Origin: Spirochaetaceae bacterium
GTDB lineage: Bacteria > Spirochaetota > Spirochaetia > Treponematales > Treponemataceae
NCBI GenBank assembly: GCA_031271875.1
Contig: JAISVD010000170.1
Location: 1 to 29,073, forward strand
Length of the DNA stretch: 29,073 nucleotides
Direction of reading: 5' to 3'
Position 1 is the first letter of the stretch, and every line of letters begins with the position of its first letter. This document shows, piece after piece, positions 7,903 through 17,553 of this stretch. The notes beneath the pieces are model-generated. The model was not told where the DNA came from and made no database searches. It worked only from the letters and a program-made list of their open reading frames with translations. Both the position numbers and the translations under genes were made by a program.

Positions 7903-10050
7903 TCACATTGCGCGGGCTGGTTGTTTCTTTGCAGGATCTCTTCGTATAAGCAGCCAGCCGGCAATAAGGAGAACCAGAATCGCGAAGACGGTCCCCACGC
8001 CAAAGGAGGCTCCGGCAAAGAACAGGGAACCAAACTGGTACACTACAAGGGCGGCGGCATACGCGAGCAGGGTCTGATATCCGACAGCGATAAAGGTCCA
8101 CTTCCATGTACCCATCTCATGCCGGATGGCGCCGATAGCGGCAAAACAGGGCGCGCAGAGCAGGTTAAAGACCATGAACGACATGGCGGTCACCCCGGTA
8201 AAGAGCGCCGCGATATTACTCAGCAGGGAGGGATCATCCTTCGCAGCCTCGCCAAGCCCAAGGAGAACACCGAAGGTTCCCACAACATTTTCCTTTGCCA
8301 CAAGGCCGGTTATGGTCGCCATCGCGGCCTGCCAGTTTCCGAACCCAAGGGGGCGGAATATCGGAGCGATCACATTGCCGATAATCGCGAGAATACTGTC
8401 TTCACTATCGACAAACCCAAACTGTCCGTCAGCAGCGCCAAAGCTCGAAAGGAACCATACCACACCGCAGGAGATAAAGATAACCGTACCTGCCTTAATG
8501 ATAAACGCCTTTGCCCGATTCCACATATGAATAAGGACACCTTTTATCGAAGGGATATGATACCGGGGAAGCTCCATGACAAACGGAGCCGTGTCTCCCG
8601 CGAAGAGGTTTGTCTTTTTCAGCACGATTCCGGAAAAGATGACCATCGCGATTCCGAGGAAATACATGGACGGGGCGACCCATAGGGAATTACGGAAAAA
8701 CGCGCCCGCGAAAAAGGCGATAATAGGCAATTTCGCACCGCAGGGTATAAAGGTTGTGAGCATGATCGTCATGCGCCTGTCCTTCTCATTTTCAATGGTG
8801 CGGGCCGCCATGATCCCCGGAACGCCGCATCCCGATGAGATCAGCAGCGGAATAAAAGACTTCCCTGACAAACCGAAGCTGCGGAAAATCCGGTCCATGA
8901 TAAACGCAACCCGGGCCATATATCCGCAGTCCTCAAGTATTGAAAGGAAGAAGAACAGTATCAGAAGCTGGGGAACGAATCCCAGAACAGCGCCGACACC
9001 GCCGATTATACTGTCAACCACAAGCCCCCGGAGCCACTCCGCCGTATCTATGGATTCAAGCCACTTCGCGGCAGCGGGCTGCAGGGTTTCCGCAAAGAAC
9101 GTGTCATTCATCCAATCCGTTGCAATCGCGCCAAGCCACGAAACAGATACAAAGTAGACAATAAACATGACCACCGCGAATAGGGGAAGGGCAAGGAAGC
9201 GGTTGGTTACAATCCGGTCGATCTTATCGGAGGCGGTAAGGCCGCTGCTTCCCTTGATCACGCAGCCCGACAGGAGTTCCGAAATCCACTCATAGCGTTC
9301 ATTTGTGATAATGCTTTCGCTGTCATCGTCAAAGGTCTCTTCACAGCCTTTAATCAGCTGCTCTATTCTGGGCCTGTCCGCTTCAGGGAGCACGGGAACA
9401 TCACCGCCCCGGTCACGCTCAAACAGTTTCACGGCATACCAGCGGATACGCTCCTTGCCGGTGCGGCCCTCAATCAGAGAGCTTATAACCGACAGGACCT
9501 CCTCGGTTTCGGCGCTGAACCGGCAGAAAACCGGAGGAACCGCTTCCGCAGAACCAGCTCCTCCGGCGGCCGCCTCAAGTGCTTTTGCGGCGGCCTCCCG
9601 GACACCTTCATTCCGGGAAGCCATTGTCTCCACCACAGGACAGCCGAGCTTCGCGGAAAGTTTTTTTGTATCTATTTTATCACCCTTTTTACGTACCACA
9701 TCCATCATGTTAAGCGCGATAACAACGGGAATTCCTGTCTCGAGAAGCTGGGTAGTCAGATACAGGTTTCTCTCAATATTTGAAGCATCAATGATATTGA
9801 TAATAACATCGGGCTTCTCTTCAAGAAGATATTTTCTGGTTACCACCTCTTCAGGCGTATATGGTGAAAGGGAGTAGATTCCCGGAAGATCGGTAATAAT
9901 GACATCCCTGTTTCCCTTCAGGGTTCCCTCTTTTTTTTCAACCGTAACACCGGGCCAGTTTCCCACATACTGATTAGCCCCGGTCAATTCATTAAATATT
10001 GTCGTCTTTCCGCTGTTTGGATTACCTGCAAGCGCTATTCGTATACTCAT
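7903..10050 (-). CDS. feoB: Ferrous iron transporter B
   Basis: GNPNSGKTT, VGNWPGVTVE and DLPGIYSL G-domain motifs, followed by a membrane domain with PFVMELP. Confidence 0.97.
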   Translation of the reverse strand: MSIRIALAGNPNSGKTTIFNELTGANQYVGNWPGVTVEKKEGTLKGNRDVIITDLPGIYSLSPYTPEEVVTRKYLLEEKPDVIINIIDASNIERNLYLTTQLLETGIPVVIALNMMDVVRKKGDKIDTKKLSAKLGCPVVETMASRNEGVREAAAKALEAAAGGAGSAEAVPPVFCRFSAETEEVLSVISSLIEGRTGKERIRWYAVKLFERDRGGDVPVLPEADRPRIEQLIKGCEETFDDDSESIITNERYEWISELLSGCVIKGSSGLTASDKIDRIVTNRFLALPLFAVVMFIVYFVSVSWLGAIATDWMNDTFFAETLQPAAAKWLESIDTAEWLRGLVVDSIIGGVGAVLGFVPQLLILFFFLSILEDCGYMARVAFIMDRIFRSFGLSGKSFIPLLISSGCGVPGIMAARTIENEKDRRMTIMLTTFIPCGAKLPIIAFFAGAFFRNSLWVAPSMYFLGIAMVIFSGIVLKKTNLFAGDTAPFVMELPRYHIPSIKGVLIHMWNRAKAFIIKAGTVIFISCGVVWFLSSFGAADGQFGFVDSEDSILAIIGNVIAPIFRPLGFGNWQAAMATITGLVAKENVVGTFGVLLGLGEAAKDDPSLLSNIAALFTGVTAMSFMVFNLLCAPCFAAIGAIRHEMGTWKWTFIAVGYQTLLAYAAALVVYQFGSLFFAGASFGVGTVFAILVLLIAGWLLIRRDPAKKQPARAM

Positions 10051-10174
10051 TTTTTCTCCACTTTGCTGAATACCTCTGATATAAGCTGCGTTTCCGGCCC
10101 CGTATGCCGGACTCGTAAATTACCTAATGCTAACTCAAGAGGTAAAAAAAATCAGCTTTTATTGAACGGTACTA

Positions 10175-10384
10175 TTACACAATAATCTTAACCGCTAACG
10201 CCCTGCTGAGGGCTACACGGGAATCCTTGACGGAAACAATAAGGTCTCCTCCTACTTCGGACACTATGGAAACCTTTTCTCCGGTAACAAAACCGAGGCT
10301 TCCAAGAAACTGTCTTATGCTGTCTGTTCCGGTGATCTTTTTTACGGTACTTACGGCACCGGTTACTGCCATGGTCAACGGCAT
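10175..10384 (-). CDS. feoA: Ferrous iron transport protein A
   Basis: 69 aa SH3-like FeoA (FLGSLGF...RVALSRALAVKI) with RBS AGGAG, upstream of feoB. Confidence 0.92.
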   Translation of the reverse strand: MPLTMAVTGAVSTVKKITGTDSIRQFLGSLGFVTGEKVSIVSEVGGDLIVSVKDSRVALSRALAVKIIV

Positions 10385-10490
10385 AGTATATCTCCTGCAT
10401 ACAAGATAACGTCAGTATTATTCGACCTACTGTGAGAAGTTTACCACCGCTAACCATATATGTCAACAGGATTACCTGCAATTCTTGAAC

Positions 10491-10913
10491 TTATTCTTCA
10501 TGGAAACCGCTGAAACGCCGGAAAGCTTTAACAGAAGACCGGAGTTTTTTTCCGAGGAGCCGTTTTTCCTTTGAAGTCCGGGTCGGCTCTGTTTTCCGCC
10601 GTTTTTTGGGAACCACCGCGGCGGCGGCGATCAGCTGTTCAAGCCGGTTAAGCGCATCCGCCCGGTTGCGCTCCTGTGAGCGTTCGGCATCGGAAGAAAG
10701 ATAGAGCTCTCCCTCCTGATTGATTCTGCCGGCAAGACGGTCTTTAACAAGAGCAAGCTCATGGGGACTCAACCCGTGCAATGCGAAAAGGGAAACAGCG
10801 GCATATACTTTTGTATTCACCTTGTTCACATTCTGCCCTCCGTTCCCCCCTGAGCGGGCAAAGGAAAACCGTGTTTCCCGCAGAACCGATTCGTGAAGCG
10901 CGGCTCTGTCCAT
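10491..10913 (-). CDS. arfB: Alternative ribosome-rescue peptidyl-tRNA hydrolase ArfB (YaeJ)
   Basis: SGGNGGQNVNKV GGQ motif, RSQERNR, and a basic C-terminal tail (KKRRKTEPTRTSKEKRL). Confidence 0.93.
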   Translation of the reverse strand: MDRAALHESVLRETRFSFARSGGNGGQNVNKVNTKVYAAVSLFALHGLSPHELALVKDRLAGRINQEGELYLSSDAERSQERNRADALNRLEQLIAAAAVVPKKRRKTEPTRTSKEKRLLGKKLRSSVKAFRRFSGFHEE

Positions 10914-12037
10914 CAGAGGGACTCTCCGGTTTCAGGAATATCCGGCGGTTCGGCCTCAACAACCGCTACACCGCTGGTAAGCATATCAAGAATGGTAAAA
11001 AACAGGATGATTATCATCGGGCCGAGGAGCAGCCCATTCAGACCGAAAAACTGGACCCCTCCGAGGATCGAAAAAAAGATGAGCAGGGGATGTATCTTGA
11101 TTCTGTCCTTGAGGAACAGGGGGCGGAGAAAATTATCCAGCAGGCTGATACACACCCCCGCCAGGATAAGAAAACACACTCCCTTCCATACGGGCCCGGT
11201 CAGAACAAGGCTGATCCCTACGGGAAACCATATTGTGGCGGCGCCAAAGATCGGTACGAATGAACAGAACATAAGCACAACCGAAAACAGCAATGCCCCG
11301 GGAACGGAAAAAATCTTCATGAGAATAAACGCAGCCACCCCCTGGTACAGGGATACCAGAAAATATCCGGAGAAAAGGTGGCGCGTTATCTCGGAAAATT
11401 TCCTGACCAGGGTATTCATATAGAGGGGATTTATGGGGATCGCCTTTCCAAACATCGAAAGAAGGTATGCGCCGTCAACATAGAAGAAATAGAGTGAAAA
11501 AACAATGAAAAGCATGGAAACCGTGAAATTGCCGATATTCTTTACCACCACTGTTCCAAGGGAAAAAATAGTCAAGCTGTACTGGCGTATCAGGATGATC
11601 GCTTCATTCCACAGATTGATGACCGAGAGGTCGATATTCCCCAGTGTTATTTTGCTTATCAGTTCCGAAAGAAACCGGCCCGGTTCATCGTCGGCAAAGA
11701 AATTCGGGTGGTTCCTGATAAATGCTTCTGCGGAAGAGAGAAACGAAAGCAACTGCTGCACGAGCAGTACCCCCACAAACAGCAGGGGAATAATTATCAC
11801 CAGCAGAGTACCGATGGCAAACCCCGCCGCAAGTATCTTTCGTGTGAATTCGTAGAAACGCTTCTTTTTATCCATTCTGGCGAGGATACGCTTATACAGC
11901 GGATGTATAAGAATATACAGAAGCACAGCCCATAGAATAATATAGAAGAAAGGCTTGAACATCAGCGCCATCAGGGCAAACATGAGAACAAAAAGCGCAA
12001 CAATAAAGATTGTCTGGATAAACGATTTGTTATTCAT
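10913..12037 (-). CDS. AI-2E family transporter (start ATG 12037, or 12055)
   Basis: Multi-TM protein with DNFLRPLFL, HPLLIFFSILGG and GLLLGP motifs. Confidence 0.9.
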   Translation of the reverse strand: MNNKSFIQTIFIVALFVLMFALMALMFKPFFYIILWAVLLYILIHPLYKRILARMDKKKRFYEFTRKILAAGFAIGTLLVIIIPLLFVGVLLVQQLLSFLSSAEAFIRNHPNFFADDEPGRFLSELISKITLGNIDLSVINLWNEAIILIRQYSLTIFSLGTVVVKNIGNFTVSMLFIVFSLYFFYVDGAYLLSMFGKAIPINPLYMNTLVRKFSEITRHLFSGYFLVSLYQGVAAFILMKIFSVPGALLFSVVLMFCSFVPIFGAATIWFPVGISLVLTGPVWKGVCFLILAGVCISLLDNFLRPLFLKDRIKIHPLLIFFSILGGVQFFGLNGLLLGPMIIILFFTILDMLTSGVAVVEAEPPDIPETGESL

Positions 12038-12163
12038 ACTATAGTGAATATACACTATATTGAACGTATGAACAGTGAATTACAGTAAATATGTCATAAA
12101 AAACAGAGATATGATGAAAATGAAGGATACGGAATAAGCCGGAAAGGGAAACAGCTTACATAA

Positions 12164-12208
12164 AGTGAACACTGATGTATGCTCGATACAGACATCAGTG
12201 TTTCCCTT
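12164..12208 (+). repeat. REP-like palindromic element, copy 2
   Basis: 11-bp arms AACACTGATGT (12168-12178) and ACATCAGTGTT (12192-12202). Flanks and loop start match copy 1. Confidence 0.7.
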
Positions 12209-12245
12209 GTATTTTTTCTCATTATAAGTGTATAATTATGTCGTT

Positions 12246-13835
12246 ATGACACAAAAAGCGAGCCATTGGGCAGATCAGACTGCCGAAAAAATCATCCGGG
12301 AGCGCGGGGATCTGGATATATACACTTGCGCCTCGGGCATAACCCCTTCAGGAACAGTTCATATAGGCAATTTCAGGGAGATAATATCGGTTGACCTCGT
12401 AGTCAGGGCGCTGAGGGACAGAGGCAAGAATGTCCGTTTCATCTATTCATGGGACGATTATGATGTTTTCCGCAAGGTGCCGCTCAATATGCCCAAACCG
12501 GAGGAGCTGGAAACATATCTCCGCTTTCCCATAACAATGGTTCCCGACACATCGGGGAGGGATGAAAACTATGCGCGCCGCCACGAGCGGGACATAGAGA
12601 TGATCCTGCCGGTCGTCGGCATCCATCCGGAATTTCTCTATCAGTCACAGCGCTATCAGGCGGGACTGTATGCCGAGGGGATGCGCCGGGCCCTGGAGAA
12701 CCGGGACAAACTCAAGGAGATACTCAACCGTTACCGGGACGATGAGCATAAAATAGAAGGTGAATACTGGCCGATTGCCGCGTTCTGCGATAACTGCCAC
12801 AGGGATACCACCGAGATCGAAAGCTGGGACGGAGAGTGGGGAGTCACCTATCAGTGCAGCAGCTGCGGTCACAGGGAAACGCAGGATATCAGAACCGCCC
12901 GGGGGATAAAGCTCGGATGGCGGGTTGACTGGCCCATGCGCTGGGCCTATGAGAAGACCCTCTTTGAACCCGCCGGGAAGGATCACCACAGCCAGGGCGG
13001 TTCCTTTGACACCGCGCGCCATGTCTCCGAAGAGATTTATGAGTGGCCTGCGCCGGTGACCTTCCGTTACGATTTTATAGGAACCAAGGGACTCCCCGGC
13101 AAGATGTCCTCATCAGGAGGCAAAGTAATCGGTCTTGCGGAGGTTCTCAGGATATACCAGCCCGAAGTGGTGCGCTATCTCTTTGCAGGAACGCGTCCCA
13201 ATACGGAATTCTCGATCAGTTTCGACCTCGATGTGATAAAAATCTATGAAGATTATGATAAAACGGAGCGCATCGCCTGGGGCGTGGAGCAAGTGAAAAA
13301 AGAGGAGCTCTTTGAAAAGGAACGGCGCATATATGAACTCTCGCAGATAGGGGAGATGCCCGAACGGATGCCCTATCAGATACCATTCCGCCACCTCTGC
13401 AACCTTTTGCAGACCAATTCCGGGGATATCGATGCCGTGATACACGCCCTCGGCGATATCGGAGCGGACAGGGAACCGCGTTTCCGTACCCGTTGTACCT
13501 GCGCCTGGAACTGGATTACCGAATGCGCCCCGGAGGATTTCCGTTTTGCCCTCAGGAAAAGCGGCGATACCCCGGTGAATCTCGGGGCCCCGGAAAAAAC
13601 CGGAATACGGAAGATTTATGAGCAGATACTGCCCGTAATGGATAACATCGATGAAAAAAAGCTTTCGGAGCTTATATATGGGGTCGCCGAGGAAGCGGGA
13701 CTTGAACCAAAGGCGCTGTTCACCGCTGTCTACCAGGCGCTTATCGGGAAGGATCAGGGTCCCAGGCTCGCCAGCTTCATGAAGATCATCGGACGGGAGC
13801 GGCTTGCATCCATATTGTCGGTGTATGCGGAATAA
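12246..13835 (+). CDS. lysS: Class I lysine--tRNA ligase (start ATG 12246, or 12228)
   Basis: HWAD, ASGITPSGTVHIGNFRE, zinc-type CxxC pairs, WRVDWPMRW, KMSSS and GPRLASF. Confidence 0.96.
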   Translation: MTQKASHWADQTAEKIIRERGDLDIYTCASGITPSGTVHIGNFREIISVDLVVRALRDRGKNVRFIYSWDDYDVFRKVPLNMPKPEELETYLRFPITMVPDTSGRDENYARRHERDIEMILPVVGIHPEFLYQSQRYQAGLYAEGMRRALENRDKLKEILNRYRDDEHKIEGEYWPIAAFCDNCHRDTTEIESWDGEWGVTYQCSSCGHRETQDIRTARGIKLGWRVDWPMRWAYEKTLFEPAGKDHHSQGGSFDTARHVSEEIYEWPAPVTFRYDFIGTKGLPGKMSSSGGKVIGLAEVLRIYQPEVVRYLFAGTRPNTEFSISFDLDVIKIYEDYDKTERIAWGVEQVKKEELFEKERRIYELSQIGEMPERMPYQIPFRHLCNLLQTNSGDIDAVIHALGDIGADREPRFRTRCTCAWNWITECAPEDFRFALRKSGDTPVNLGAPEKTGIRKIYEQILPVMDNIDEKKLSELIYGVAEEAGLEPKALFTAVYQALIGKDQGPRLASFMKIIGRERLASILSVYAE

Positions 13836-13909
13836 CAGAGATTATTCTTTCTGCATAAATAATTGTCTGAAATAAGCATAAACCTGCAACCTTTTCCGTT
13901 ATCTATTGT

Positions 13910-13954
13910 CTAAATAGTTGTGACATAATTTTTGAATATGTCACAACTATTTAG
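13910..13954. promoter_or_regulatory. 18-bp perfect inverted repeat immediately upstream of the acyl-CoA synthetase RBS
   Basis: CTAAATAGTTGTGACATA, 9-nt spacer, TATGTCACAACTATTTAG. The function is inferred from position only. Confidence 0.55.
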
Positions 13955-13962
13955 AGGGAACA

Positions 13963-15633
13963 ATGTTACTGTTAGATTACATTACAAATCATTATGATTC
14001 GTATGAAAAAATGAAAAAGGAATTCTCTATCAGTATTCCTGATGATTTCAATTTCGCATACGATATTGTTGACCGCTATGCCTGTGAAACGCCTGAAAAA
14101 AGGGCTCTTGTCTGGTGTGATGACCATGAGGAATCGCGGATTTTCACCTTTGCCGACATGATGGAGGCTTCAAACCGGACAGCGAATTATCTTGTCTCTC
14201 AGGGTATACGTAAGGGAGATGCGGTAATGCTGATCCTGCGCCGACGTTATGAATTCTGGTTTTTCCTTCTTGCCCTGCATAAAATCGGCGCCATAGCGAT
14301 CCCTGCAACCAATATGCTCCTCAGAAAGGATATCGAATACCGGAATAACGCGGCGGGCATAAAAATGATCATAACCATTGACGATGATCCTCTGCAGGAG
14401 GAGATTGATGCGGCAATGGCGCACTCTCCGTCGGTGGAAATACTGGTAACCATCGGGAAGGATCGTCCGGGATGGCTCTCATTCAGCAAGGAGTATCCCC
14501 TCATGTCACCGGACTTTCCCCGGCCCCAGGGCAAAGCCGCTGCGGGAAACGGGGATATCATGCTGCTCTATTTTACTTCAGGAACTTCCGGAGAGCCGAA
14601 AATGGTGCAGCACGATTTTACCTATCCCCTCGGGCACATAGTTACCGCGAAATACTGGCAGAATGTACAGGACAACGGCCTTCACCTTACGGTCGCGGAA
14701 ACAGGCTGGGCAAAAGCGGTATGGGGAAAAATATACGGGCAATGGATCGCGGGCTGCGCTGTGTTTACCTACGATATGGATACCTTTGTTCCGGGAAAGC
14801 TCCTGGAGAAAATAGTCCAATACCGGGTAACCTCTTTCTGCGCCCCCCCCACGGTCTACCGGTATCTTATCAAACAGGATATATCCAAATACGATCTGTC
14901 CTCTCTTACCTACTGTACCACGGCAGGGGAGGCGCTCAATCCCGAAGTCTACAACCGTTTCCTCGAACTGACCGGGATCAAACTGTATGAGGGATACGGA
15001 CAGACCGAGCTCACACTGACAATCGGAAATTTTCCCTGGTCCGATCCCAAACCGGGTTCCATGGGACAGCCCGCGCCGGGGTATGATATCGACATTATCC
15101 GGCCCGACGGAATTTCATGTGATATTGATGAAACAGGGGAGATCGTGATCCGCCTGGATAAGGGACATCCCTTTGGCATGTTTGCCGGTTACTACAATGA
15201 TCAGGAACTGACAGATGCCGCCTTCAGGGGGGGGCTTTACCATACGGGAGATACGGCGCGGCGTGACAAGGACGGCTTTTTCTGGTTTGTGGGGCGGACC
15301 GACGACATGATAAAGAGTTCCGGCTACAGGATAAGCCCCTTTGAAGTTGAAAGCGCGATAATGACCCATCCCGCGGTTCTTGAATGTGCCGTAACCGGTA
15401 TTCCGGACAAAAACCGTAACCAGATAGTAAAAGCGACAATTGTTCTTGTTCCGGACTACAATGCGAGCAGGGAACTGCGCCGCGAAATCCAGCAGCATGT
15501 GAAACAGTCCACAGCGGCCTATAAATTCCCCCGGGTTATCGACTTTGTTGAGGAACTGCCCAAAACAATAAGCGGAAAGATACGCCGTGTCTCCATACGG
15601 GAGAAGGATGCTGCGGAGACGGTCTGCCTGTAA
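13963..15633 (+). CDS. AMP-binding acyl-CoA synthetase (medium-chain/acetyl-CoA synthetase-like)
   Basis: [35 protein letters not shown] and PKTISGKI motifs, with RBS GAGGGA. Confidence 0.93.
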   Translation: MLLLDYITNHYDSYEKMKKEFSISIPDDFNFAYDIVDRYACETPEKRALVWCDDHEESRIFTFADMMEASNRTANYLVSQGIRKGDAVMLILRRRYEFWFFLLALHKIGAIAIPATNMLLRKDIEYRNNAAGIKMIITIDDDPLQEEIDAAMAHSPSVEILVTIGKDRPGWLSFSKEYPLMSPDFPRPQGKAAAGNGDIMLLYFTSGTSGEPKMVQHDFTYPLGHIVTAKYWQNVQDNGLHLTVAETGWAKAVWGKIYGQWIAGCAVFTYDMDTFVPGKLLEKIVQYRVTSFCAPPTVYRYLIKQDISKYDLSSLTYCTTAGEALNPEVYNRFLELTGIKLYEGYGQTELTLTIGNFPWSDPKPGSMGQPAPGYDIDIIRPDGISCDIDETGEIVIRLDKGHPFGMFAGYYNDQELTDAAFRGGLYHTGDTARRDKDGFFWFVGRTDDMIKSSGYRISPFEVESAIMTHPAVLECAVTGIPDKNRNQIVKATIVLVPDYNASRELRREIQQHVKQSTAAYKFPRVIDFVEELPKTISGKIRRVSIREKDAAETVCL

Positions 15634-15850
15634 AGAGAAGGTGTGTCTTCAGGACGGGATAGAGGAGACTTGTTCGGGAACCAATCCGTGAAACTTCGTT
15701 TCGCCGTTGTCGAACAAGCCGTTTTTCCATAAAATTTCGGTGGTAACTTGAAGAAAAGTCTATTATATTTATGTTACAGGATAGTAAGACAGATATATCC
15801 GGGTCGGCCATGGTTGTCGGCTTATTTTCTTTATTATTAAGGAAACGAAT

Positions 15851-16612
15851 ATGGAAAAAACAAACCATCATGGCGGAGAGGGAATGATTCTCGCTCCCGA
15901 AAAATTTTATATCCTTATTGAAGAAGAGGGACCGTATCTTGTTTTTGGTACACCGCCCATAAACCAGCAGATTATTACGATGAACAGCGATGGGGAATCC
16001 TGGTGGTACAGGGAGGGCCGCTCCTTTGATAATAAAGAGCCCTGCGCTTTGTGCCGCTGCGGAGAGTCTCATAATAAACCATTCTGCGATGGTCATCACA
16101 CCTCCGCAGACTGGGATCCTGTACTCACAGGACCCGAAAAATTCGACCTGAAAAAAGCGGAAATGTTTGAAGGTCCGATGATCGTACTGAGCGATAACCA
16201 GGAATTCTGTGCATACGCGCGGTTCTGCGACGCAAAGGGACAGATATGGAACATTGTTCAGGAAGCGGATACAAAAGAGGAAGCGGACCTCGTAATCCGG
16301 GAAGCGGGCCACTGCCCCGGAGGACGCCTTATAGCGTGGGACAGGGAAACAGGGGAACCTATAGAACCCCATTTTGAGCCATCCATAGGCATCATACAGG
16401 ATCCGGCTCTTAAAATAAGCGGCCCCATCTGGGTCAGGGGCGGTATCCGTATAAAAAGCGAAAACGGCAAAGAGTATGATGTCCGCAACAGGGTCGCACT
16501 CTGCCGCTGCGGCAAATCATCAAACAAGCCGTTCTGTAACGGAGCCCACGCCTCGGTACATTTCCACGATGGACTGCCGGACAAACCGAAAGAGGGCGGC
16601 GAGGTCTTCTGA
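15851..16612 (+). CDS. CDGSH iron-sulfur protein with two CDGSH domains flanking a divergent ferredoxin-like domain (alternative start 15884)
   Basis: LCRCGESHNKPFCDGHH and LCRCGKSSNKPFCNGAH, with a central CAYARFC...CPGG segment. Confidence 0.88.
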   Translation: MEKTNHHGGEGMILAPEKFYILIEEEGPYLVFGTPPINQQIITMNSDGESWWYREGRSFDNKEPCALCRCGESHNKPFCDGHHTSADWDPVLTGPEKFDLKKAEMFEGPMIVLSDNQEFCAYARFCDAKGQIWNIVQEADTKEEADLVIREAGHCPGGRLIAWDRETGEPIEPHFEPSIGIIQDPALKISGPIWVRGGIRIKSENGKEYDVRNRVALCRCGKSSNKPFCNGAHASVHFHDGLPDKPKEGGEVF

Positions 16613-16627
16613 AAAAGCGGCACAGGC

Positions 16628-16678
16628 GGTGTCCGGAAAGGCAGACCTTCGGTCTGTTGAAAAACCTGTTCGGACACC
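16628..16678. terminator. Branched hairpin between the convergent CDGSH and pth genes, probable terminator
   Basis: GGTGTCCG/CGGACACC outer stem and CAGACC/GGTCTG inner stem, followed by a T-rich run on the plus strand. Confidence 0.6.
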
Positions 16679-16700
16679 TTCTTTATTCCGTTTTTTCATT

Positions 16701-17375
16701 TCAGGCGAGTTTTTTCTTTGCCCAGCCCTTCAGATAGCCCTGGGGTCCCTCAAGCAGTACCCGCACAAAAAGATCCGAAACAGCCGGAAAAATCTGTGAA
16801 AGCAGTATCTTCTCGTCTCCGGTAAAATCGGAAAGTACATATCCCGCAACATCCCCGTGATCGGGTCGGCCGATCCCGATGCGGAGCCGCCAGAAGTCGG
16901 CTGTTCCAAGGACGGCCTTTGCCGACCGCAGTCCATTGTGTCCCCCGAGTCCTCCCGACCATTTCAGGCTGACCGTTCCCGGAGGCAGTTCCAGTTCATC
17001 GTGAATAACGAGTATCTCCTCAGGCAGAATCCGGTAAAAACGGGCGATTTCACCGATACTTTCACCGGAAAGGTTCATGAATGTTTCGGGCTTCAGAAAG
17101 CAGAAGCGGGGAGGCAGATTCTCTGAAGGATGTATGGGGCCGCCGCCGTCAGGAGAAGCCGCGGCGGAGAGAGACTTTTGCGCTTTCTCCGCCAGCCGCA
17201 TTGGATCAAGGGATGCATACACTCCCCGGAATTTCCGCTGCCAGGTAAGATCCGAGGCGAAAGGCAGGAAATCGGAGCTGGCAAAAAGCCAGTCCGCAAA
17301 AAACCAGGCGGCGTTGTGCCTGTTGCAGGCGTATTGCCGTCCGTAATTGCCGAGAAACACGGCAAGGGAAATCAT
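16701..17375 (-). CDS. pth: Peptidyl-tRNA hydrolase
   Basis: LGN, RHN, KPETFMNLSG, HDELE, GGHNGLRS and RLRIGIGRP. Confidence 0.95.
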   Translation of the reverse strand: MISLAVFLGNYGRQYACNRHNAAWFFADWLFASSDFLPFASDLTWQRKFRGVYASLDPMRLAEKAQKSLSAAASPDGGGPIHPSENLPPRFCFLKPETFMNLSGESIGEIARFYRILPEEILVIHDELELPPGTVSLKWSGGLGGHNGLRSAKAVLGTADFWRLRIGIGRPDHGDVAGYVLSDFTGDEKILLSQIFPAVSDLFVRVLLEGPQGYLKGWAKKKLA

Positions 17376-17553
17376 ACAGAAAATCTCCGGTTGTAATAAG
17401 ATACATTCAGTAGTAAACTAAACACGGTATTTTTTCAATAGGAAGGTCACCCGGATGCATTTCAGAAATCCGGTGCAGGATAAAAACAGAGGTGTATGCG
17501 AAGCTGCCTGCGGTAATTCCGATTCCGATTGACGGATAAATATAGAGGTGTAT

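Noticed and set aside
7876-9877. Long plus-strand ORFs opposite feoB
   Set aside because: Antisense shadow frames, expected in GC-rich coding DNA.
10120-10138. DtxR/TroR-like box upstream of feoB
   Set aside because: Only about 12/19 match to the recalled consensus and not palindromic.
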